The translations under genes were made by a program, and so were the position numbers. The notes beneath the pieces were generated by a model. It was given only the letters and a program-made list of their open reading frames with translations. It was not told the origin of the DNA and ran no database searches. DNA of 64,000 nucleotides from Hydrolagus colliei (Eukaryota), in NCBI GenBank assembly GCA_035084275.1, contig CM068742.1:44144001-44208000 (forward strand), given 5' to 3'. Position 1 is the first letter of the stretch, and every line of letters begins with the position of its first letter. Shown one piece after another: positions 55,086-64,000 of the stretch.

Positions 55086-56899
55086 TTACTGGATGCCATC
55101 AATGTCTCTTATTCTACCATTTTAGGCAGACCCAAAATGCTCACTTACATTTCTCCTCTAGGTGTATATTGACATACTGTGCATCTCTAGCACTTTCTGG
55201 TTTTATTTCAGATTTTAATTCTTCCCGGTTTCCTTTTAACTGCTATAATTTGTGATGAGTGCCTGGACCTGAGGAAAGATGCCTTGAGGGTGATTTGTGA
55301 AATGTGGCAGAGTACAAGGAAAGCCCCATCAATGATCTTGGCTATTCCTCTTTAGATTCTAAAAAGTCTACATGGTCTTAATGACTGTGAAAACAGATAT
55401 TGAATTTGTATGAATAATAGTACTGTATGTGATTGTAAGGTCATATGGGGTGATGCTGGAGGGTGAGGAAGTGGTGTATTATTTGTGTGGTGTGCGCGTG
55501 TGCATTAATTTAATGATTTTTGGGTCATAGCCATGTGTTGCCACAGTTATTGGCTTCTTCAGTGCTTAAGTAATGCTGCATGAACACAGCAGATTGAGGT
55601 CCTTTTCTTGCTGCTAAACTGGTGCTGAAAATCATACTGAACTCCTTCACTAGGGCACCACATTTAGTAAAATGCTCTTACTGCAGTATTAAAGTCTTCA
55701 TTGCACAGTTATATATCAATTCCCCTTTGTTTGATGCAAGGGTGATTTGTGCTGCTCTCTAGGAGTTTGCGAAAAGTCTTTGTTCGACAGCAGGCGTTTC
55801 ATGCACTCTCTGAATCTAGTATTCCATAAAGTACAGCGCAATTTATAGACAGGGTAAAAAGCACAGATACCAACTAAAGTGTGAATGTAACTCTGCTCCA
55901 CCCTATACAAACTGAAGTAGTAAATGGATAAAGGCAGGGGAAGGGTCAGCATTACATCAGATGAGCAAGTGCACGACTGGAAAAGACAATTGTAGTCCAT
56001 CGGGTACAAAAATTGTCCTGTCAGTTAACTAAATGAACCTATAACAACACAGTGGCAATAATGTATGTGTTAGTTATGAACTTTCAATCACCTAATTTCC
56101 TCCTTTCTTTCAATTAAGCAGAACATCCATGTTGGCAATATTTGTTGAATCCCTCTCCTCTATCTTTCTATGGTGTGTATGTCGAACATCAGAAAAACTC
56201 CAATCCACAGCACTATAAAATAAAATAAGCTTTGCATTTGATCTATCCCCTCAACATATTGAAACACCTCAAAGCAATGTACTTGTATTTTTTTGTATTT
56301 ATTCTCTGCCTTTATCCATTGTACTTATTATTTAACTCTTGAAATTGACAATGCTGGGGTCTAACTTGTGATATTAATTTGCAATATCTGCACAATGGCT
56401 AATTTTTATATCCAAAAGCTGACAAAATGCAAATAAAAGTTTCTGAGTGAAATTCTAGCTGCTCACTTGCTGCTCACTAGCTGATCATCCATTGGATAAA
56501 GGGTTTATGTCATCCAGAAATAACAAACATAGTATATGTTTCATAAAAGGTTTTTTCATTGCTGCTTTCAAACGAGTTATTAAGAATACATGTGGAGTAA
56601 ACCTGATTTGGGAGAAACCTCTTTTTTTTCCCATGCTTTTTATTTAGTCCACAAATAGTTTGAAAAATAAATGTTTTTTATGTGTTATACATACACAAAA
56701 TAAAGGTTATGATGATCTAGAGAACATGTGACGTCAATTTAAAAGCCTCCAGGGTGAAAATCATCCTCTGTTTTAGACAAGGGACTTGTGTAAAGAGCTG
56801 TCAGCAATCTGAATGCATGAAATTAGTTGATTAGTTGATGCTTTGTACAAATTCCTCTTTAAATCCATTACTAGGAATACATTGTGTTATTTCTGCACA

Positions 56900-57045
56900 C
56901 AGAGGTTTTGGAGAATGTGGAATGCATTTCCCAGAAAGTCTTTGAGGTACATTCAGTTGGGATGTTTAAAACTGGGAAAAATTGCAATGATCTCATAAAA
57001 TGTAAAAAAGGATTAAATAAACTGAATGGCCTTGACCTATTCCGA
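56900..57045 (+). mobile_element. Decayed CR1 3' fragment
   Basis: CAGAGGTTTTGGAGAATGTGGAATGCATTTCCCAG...TGAATGGCCTTGACCTATTCC. Confidence 0.5.
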
Positions 57046-58519
57046 TGTGTTTAATAAACCAGTTGCACTGATTCATATATGCACAAAGGTTGTGGGATGA
57101 TGTGTTGCCTTGATACACAACAACTCTATAGACAGAAAATGGGTTCAATTCTCGTGGTGAGTTTCTGTGTCACAGCTGTGACATGAGGTAGAAGCATTAA
57201 GTGAAGGCCAGACATTTACCATTTTCTTTGAGGTGATGGAAAAAATAACATGCTAAAGAGGGGCCATGGGAAGGCATGAAGAACAAACTGAAATACCCCA
57301 CCCGAGAAAATAAAAGCCAGCTGATCTCCTATTCTACACATGTATACCAATAAAGCAGACCAGTCTGATTTTCATCTCAGTTATTTACTGGCCATCACTG
57401 AATTAAAGATGTGGGCTCCATCCTTTGCTTATTGCAAACTATGCAAACTTTAACACCGGCTGTGAACTTTTCATATTTCTTGGTGCCCCTCTAGACCTCT
57501 TTGTTTAAACAACTTTTTTCCACTCCAAAGCCATTTCAGTATTGTTTATGAAATGATCAATAAATCCCCACCTCTAATAATACTTGATTTAACTGTATTT
57601 GAGGCTGGTTTGGGTGGTGGTGGTGAGGGTAGTCTGCTTCATCCTTTTCTTCCTAATAAAAACAAAACTCAGAACAGATGTGTAATAAAATTCTTATGCA
57701 CTCTCAAAAATAGGTTATCATATGAAGGCAATAAAGACATATGCCTAAGAACTATAAATACATATTTTTATTTGCAGTGACATATAAAAAAAAAGTTTGG
57801 TAGGAAATTATGACTGATGGCAGGGACGTCTATTTCAACACTTCATATTTCAAGCTTGCACCTTTGACTCATTTTCATACAGAGAAGGTGTTTGTTCATT
57901 TTTGACCACATAAATATGGCACACACAGGGTCTGAGGCATTTTAATTGTATTCAAAGGTTATTGCACTGAATGCTGATCATACCACTTTCACTAATTACT
58001 TCCATTTAAAAGAGGTGATTTCCGGGTAAGTGGTAAACCATTCTTGCTACCCTGAGTAGAGCCTCATGGTAAAATACACTGGAGTGTCCACCTCCCCAAC
58101 ATTCACTCCCTTTCAAGGTGCCAGCATGTGGCTTTGTTGTCCAAGTTCTCCACATGATAAGCTCCTAACCTCAGGTGTACTGCACATGTTCAATATAGTC
58201 AAAAAATCTAGAACAAAGGGACACAGGCTCAAACTCAGGAGATGGAAGGTGAGCAGATAGTTTAGATTTACGTAAAACAGGAGTAGTGAATATTGTATAA
58301 CAGCAATGTTACATTTATATAGTGCCTTTCACTGTATCAATGTTGGAAAGACATCCCAAGATGCTGGGCAGATAGGGGTTTGCACCCAAGTTGGGGGTTC
58401 AATTCATTGAAATGTCACTGTTTTTAGAATGTGACCCACCATTCTTGTTTCCTTCCTAGCAACAGCTCAACAGCAATATTGAGCAGTGCTTGGGTGCAGC
58501 CTTTCATGCAGGTAATTAA

Positions 58520-58846
58520 TGTAGTCTTGTAGTATAGTGGTTAGAGCACTAGTTTCGTAAGTGAGATGACCTAGGATTTGATTCCTGGCAGGGAGAAACG
58601 TTGAGGAGGTTTTCTTCCTCCACATGCCTCTGTTTACTGAACAGTAAGAAGGAACCAGATTTTTAATGGATTGCCGGGTGTAATGAATGGGGTCACTCAA
58701 TTTATGAGTGTTTGTGAAACACTGCTGTTCACAATTGGCTGCCAAGTTTTGCCCACAAAATATACAGTCTGTGCATTTTACAGTACATTCTGTGAAGCGC
58801 TTTGCTTGGTCTCGAGGATGTGATATCAAATGAAAGGATAATTATT
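58520..58846 (+). mobile_element. tRNA-derived SINE, long-body variant
   Basis: TAGTATAGTGGTTAGAGCACT head; CCACATGCCTCTGTTTACTGAACAGTAAGAAGGAACC body; shared tail ending ATCAAATGAAAGGATAATTATT. Confidence 0.8.
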
Positions 58847-59269
58847 TTTGGCTGGGGATGGGAGCTGTTACGGTGAAAGGGAGGAAAACTTAAAAAGGGT
58901 CAAGAGAAAACAATATGAGATAAAAGGGATAAGTATCTCCTGTTTGTGTCAAACTAAAATAGTTTAATATTAGTGAAAATATTCAACGCACATTTTTTTT
59001 GCGATGAGTCAGATCTTATTAATGTCTTGAAATGAATTTGCAAACAAACAAAATGAAATTACATTTAAAGTGTCCTTCAGTGAGTGTTTTGCAAACATTT
59101 GTTTTATAGTCAGCTACAATTCCGTGGGTAACAGCAGATCTGCTCCCAGACCTAGAAGTCTCTGGACAAGAAAATCTTGTGTGGTTAATCACTGCACTTT
59201 CACATGAGTATTGTACACGGCAGCACTTTCAATACATGTACCCAGAGATCGTTGATCTTGTAATAATCT

Positions 59270-60045
59270 TTTAATTTCATATAGTATCTTATCACATTTT
59301 TGATACCTCTTAAAGTGCTTTATAGCTTTAAAGTAGTTATTGTGTATTTTGTTGGCAAAGAGGAATAGCAATAATAATCATTGCATTTGATAAAGCTCAT
59401 CACACCTTCGAGAAGTCTCAAAACACTTCTGTAAAGTGAATTGACTATATACTTTGTGGGCGAAATGGGACAGCTAATTGCACACTACAATGTTCCATAA
59501 ACAATAGTGGATTGAAGTGACCAATTTATTATTTTTTTGAGGGAATTATTTCCCTCAGAAAAACGATCTATGAATCAATTAACTCAGGTTCCTACATACT
59601 GCTAGGTAAACAGAGGCATGTGGGGTAAGGAAACTTGTCCAACATTTAGCCCTACCAAAATCAAACCCAGGTCTCTCGCTTGTGAGGCGAGTACTCTAAC
59701 CACTGAGTTACAGGACTCCACAGCAGCTGATATGCACACAATGTCCCACAAGCAGCCATGAAGTGAATGATCAATTTTTATTTAGAGGACTGCTGGCCAC
59801 AATATTGGGAAAAAAAACTCCCATCTCATTTTAAATAATGCCATTGGATTTCAACATTCACCTGATTAGAATGACAGGACCTTTGTTTCACATCTCATCT
59901 GAAGAACAACACCTTTCACAATGCAGTACATACTCCCAAACACTGCCCCTAAATTTCAGCCTAGTCTATGAGTTTAAAATCCCAATGTTGGCCTTGAACC
60001 CACAAACTTCTCACTCAGCAGTGGGAATGCTACCAACTGAACCAA
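59270..60045 (-). mobile_element. Older Deu-domain SINE split by a younger tRNA-SINE (59371-59719)
   Basis: Old tail at 59270-59370 and old body/head at 59720-60045 flank a complete SINE with its own tail and head (...CACTGAGTTACAGGACTCC). Confidence 0.75.
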
Positions 60046-61014
60046 CAAATTTGTTTAATTGCTTTGCCATTGTTTTCACTCCGGTTACTATTCTGATTTG
60101 GAGTGGTACAATTAGGACAGAATAATGGCGTGGCTCTGCATATTTTGGTAGCTTTGAGACCTTCGGCTTGAAGCTGAAACTTCAGAATCAGGTCAGTAAG
60201 CCTCCACTTTACAGTAAATCCCGTGAAATGGTCACGATGAGGTGATAAGCTGCTACATGTAATGCATTGATAATTATTATTATTTGTTGAGGGAGCAGAA
60301 ATCAAGGTGGTGCAATGTTTTGTGTGGTAGATAGGTTTGGTGTCCATAATTTGTCTTTTAAAAAAATATGGTTGCCTCAGCAAAAATGTAACTTCAAACT
60401 CTGATGTAAAATTTCATTCAGAATAATGGCTGTGGCAGTTAATACTTCTGCTTAGTCTGTCTGAAAAACAGCAATAAGAAATGAATCAGGATGGAAAAGT
60501 AGTTTATTTTTTGTGAATTATCTTTTCCCCAAATCATTAAGTGTGTTAGTATAATATGTTTTAATCAGGGGACTTCCTGACTGCCAATTGTTCACTGCAG
60601 AAATGCAAAAGTTCTTTAAAAGCATAAAACCCACACATGCTGTGTAGTGTTGTAATACTTCTGCACCAAAGAACACATCATTTAGTACGTGTTTGAATCC
60701 TGCAGCATATGAAACACATGTAGAATAGTGTTAGAATGTTGCTGTAGATAAAATACACCAAGTATGCGATAAAAAACACATGTACAGCCGTGTTAGCATA
60801 CATATGTGATCATCTTTAGAGCAGTTCTCACATGACAAGTACATCTTGATGAATTTAATTTTCCTTTGTTAAATAAATATTATGCAACATTGCTCATCAT
60901 CAGGCTCACGGGAGAGAAGGTCACTTGAGGCACTGCTTTCTTTCACCTGTGGCCCTGAGCAGCTCATGTGCGTCTGAGCCACCTGGGATTGAATACTGTG
61001 CTCTCTTTTCGTTC

Positions 61015-61077
61015 TTCTTGTCCCAGTTCCTCCCGACATGAAAGGCACTGTACAAATGCAATTGTGTTGTTGTTGTC
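61015..61077 (+). mobile_element. L2-type 3' tail fragment
   Basis: GACATGAAAGGCACTGTACAAATGCAATTGTG(TTG)n. Confidence 0.6.
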
Positions 61078-62060
61078 CAACCAAAGATAGGAATGGAATG
61101 CAATTTGGATGTAGGGTTTCCGCAGCATCCATGGAGAAATTGAAAATACCTTAGCTAAAATAGTGGTGTAAAAAACAGGCACCTGTGGTGCAACACCAAT
61201 GTTGTTAATTAATGCATACATTGAAATTAGTGACTTGTGCATTTAACACATCAACTGGTTCCTGGGTGTGTGCTGGAGGTGGAACTCACTCAAACACAAC
61301 CCCTCAATGGTCATATTGAAAAGCTGACCCACTGCTTTTTTGAATTTGTTTCCTGTACATTGCAGTGCAAGGTAATGAGGAACTAGCTTAGCTAAACCAC
61401 AAAAATCAGAGTCAACCTGATATCCTACTAATCATCAGTTCAATATAACCTTGAGCCGGAGGTCCCAGTGCAGCCATCGGAAAGGAGTTCAGGAAGTGAA
61501 ACCCACTTCAACACACTTAGGAATCAGTAATTCTGCCAAATATCATCAAGTTGCTAATTTCAATCCATGTGCTGACTGGCACTAGTGATATTAATTAACA
61601 TATCACACATTGCAATTTTCACCCAGTATTAGTTAATGGAAATATTGGCCCTGAATTTTGATTGAAATTAGGAGCTCACTGTGTGGGGAAACAAACACTT
61701 GTGCATCAGCATTCCATGGTGCAAAATTCCTGACAGCAGCGCTTAAGAAAGGTCTGGCTGGGTTTGAGCACTCAATAAATAGTGAATTACACTAGATATG
61801 ATTGTAGCAATATTTTACCCTTTGGTCCTTCAGCCTATCATTTTAGAATAGAGATGAGGAGTAGAAGTTACATTCATCCAGTGAATCGCAGCTTCTGTTG
61901 TCTAATCTGGTTTGGCATGACTTTGTCAGTCTTTCAGTGCTTTACAATTTTTTTTAAATTGCTCACCCCAGATAGTATGGCTGAGGTCAGATTCATGCTA
62001 CATAAAGAAAAATGAATCAGCTCCTCTTGTACCTCTACTCAGTACTTTATAGTGAATAAA

Positions 62061-62383
62061 CAATAATAACAATAATAATAATATCCTTGCATTTGATATA
62101 GTGCTTTTCACATCTTCTAGAAGCCTCAAAGCGCTTCACAGAATATACTGTAAAGTGAATTGACTGTATATATGTGGGCGAAACGTGGCAGCCAATTGTG
62201 TACAGCAGTGTCCCACAAAGAGTTGTGGATTGAAAGGTACCAATTTATTATTGTTTTTGTTTGAGGGATTATTATTAGGCATGTGGAGTAAGGAAACTTG
62301 CCCAAAGATTCGCCCTGCCTGCAATCGAACCCAGGTCTCTCGCTTGTAAGGCGAGTGCTCTTTCCACTGAGCTACAGGACTCC
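62061..62383 (-). mobile_element. Full-length tRNA-derived SINE, short-body variant, with probable target-site duplication
   Basis: Head GGAGTCCTGTAGCTCAGTGGAAAGAGCACTCGCCTTACAAGCGAGAGACCTGGGTTCGATT; (TTA)n tail; flanks GTGAATAAA (62052-62060) and GTGAACAAA (62384-62392). Confidence 0.9.
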
Positions 62384-63127
62384 GTGAACAAAGGGTTAAG
62401 AACAATACCACATGCAACATTAAGCACTCTTCTGCCTTTCTACATGGCTGGAACTCTCTCTCCACTTAACCAGTCCTCTGTAGAACAGCTGTCCCCTCCT
62501 TGTAAGTGTTTGTGTATGTGTGTGTGTGTGGACTCCTCAGATGAAGGGAAGAGTACTACATAGTTTAACTTCCCTGTTCATATAAATAACAAAGCCAACA
62601 AAACCTGACAATTACAGACGGCATTCACTATGTGGAAGAAGCACAACAGAAAATCCCACCATTTTATCACAGCCCATTATTCATCCACTTTCTGACAGTG
62701 TTTCTGATTACAAATCACTCGATTGACTAACTGGACATCTGCACAGTGATTCACAGAACAGGTTTGTTTCATCTCAGAGCCATCGGAAGACATTGCAATC
62801 TTTCACAAAATGGCTGTATTCTCAAGTGTTATTAAAAGCAGAGAGAATTATAATTACATCACTGATTTGCTAAAAATACGTATCATTTGGTTTAATTTCA
62901 AACAATTGTACTTTAATTAATAAACCTCAAGTACTCTGTACAATATTATTTTCTAGTATTTACCCATTTTTTGGTTTGTGACTGTCTTTCACATGAATCT
63001 CTCACCCTTGACCTATGTGAAAGCAGACCTTAACCATTGCCTGGGTTTTCAGTTAACAAGGCATAGTTGCTCATCACAGCCCAATAGTTGAAATGTCTGA
63101 CTTGGTGAAGTTTGCATTTTATCTACT

Positions 63128-63442
63128 TATAATAATAATTCTTGCATTTGATATAGCTCTTTGAGACATCTCAAAGCGCTTCATGGAATATACTGTACTG
63201 TGAACATACACAGAATATGTGGGGGAAACCACAAATAGCCAATTGTGCATGGCAGTATCACATAAACAGACGTGGATTGAAATGACTAATTTATTATTGT
63301 TTTATTTGAGAGATTATTATTAGGTGTGTGTGTGGAGTAAGGAAACTTGCCCAAGGTTTTACCCTGATCTGATCTGCCGGGAATCAAACCCAAGTCTCTT
63401 GCTTGCGAGGTGAGTGCTGTAACCACTGAGCTACAGGACTCC
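63128..63442 (-). mobile_element. Full-length tRNA-derived SINE, short-body variant
   Basis: Collinear with 62061-62383. Confidence 0.88.
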
Positions 63443-63499
63443 ACATATTTGTCCAAATTGCTGGCTGTGTGCTCCATGTTCTCTGCCCAATCTCTGACC

Positions 63500-63810
63500 T
63501 CCTCAAATCCTAACAACCCACCTGCTCCCTCCGCTCAATGAATACCGGCCTATTTCACATTTCCCCACCACAGATCAGCTATCAGCCTCGATACTGAGGA
63601 ACTTGATCCCAGAGTCCCTTCGCCTCATTCCTTTCCTCAACTACTTCAAGTCCACAACAAGAACTTCCTCTTTAGTCTTCTTTTCCCAGCCCGTAACCCC
63701 TCCCTAGCTCCCACCCCAAGCTTGGCTGCAAACCTGGGACTGTCAAGTATTTTGGGATGTCCACTGGACGTGACAGGGGCTCTATATACATGTAAATATG
63801 TTACTGTTGT
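63500..63810 (+). mobile_element. L2 LINE 3' fragment
   Basis: Pyrimidine-rich L2 3' region ending GATGTCCACTGGACGTGACAGGGGCTCTATATACATGTAAATATGTTACTGTTG. Confidence 0.7.
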
Positions 63811-64000
63811 CTGACTTGATAAGAAGTCTATACAAAAGAAATTCATGCTGTCTCTGCAATTCATTTTCAGTTTTGCCAGGATGCCTTGATTGCTGAGGTC
63901 CAAAGATCAGTTGTGTCAGTCTCACTGTGCTGCAGTTTCTACAAAGACAATGGGTAGAAGCTCTCTGCAAATAAAAGTCAATTCCAGTCCCCTCTGTGCT

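Noticed and set aside
62308-62383. tRNA-like cloverleaf with TAC (Val-like) anticodon on the minus strand, with similar heads at 42627, 58520, 59719 and 63442
   Set aside because: These are SINE heads: each is followed by a shared body and (TTA)n tail, the T-stem is imperfect and the copies diverge.

Overview
Vertebrate genomic DNA, most likely a cartilaginous fish such as the elephant shark (inferred from the L2/CR1/tRNA-SINE repertoire and long G/C homopolymers). The only supportable protein-coding gene is a three-exon COUP-TF nuclear receptor on the minus strand, best called NR2F1 (CDS 27506-27060, 26070-25542, 23752-23480; about 414 aa once corrected). The CDS has eight small indel events, mostly at homopolymers, yet the protein is otherwise nearly invariant, so these look like sequencing errors rather than pseudogenisation. 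The window has two contrasting parts. Roughly 1-39 kb is CpG-rich, G-tract-rich and has no recognisable transposons. It holds many candidate regulatory blocks, including a near-canonical REST/RE1 site at 2933-2953. Roughly 42.5-64 kb is CpG-poor and full of decayed, often nested SINEs, L2 and CR1 LINE fragments and a MITE-like insert. The best leads are a candidate intronic alternative first exon giving a DBD-less NR2F1 isoform and a chain of splice signals suggesting a divergent spliced lncRNA. I found no convincing wholly new biological system. Family names and orthologue comparisons come from recalled consensus sequences, not searches. The other track ORFs appear spurious or repeat-derived.
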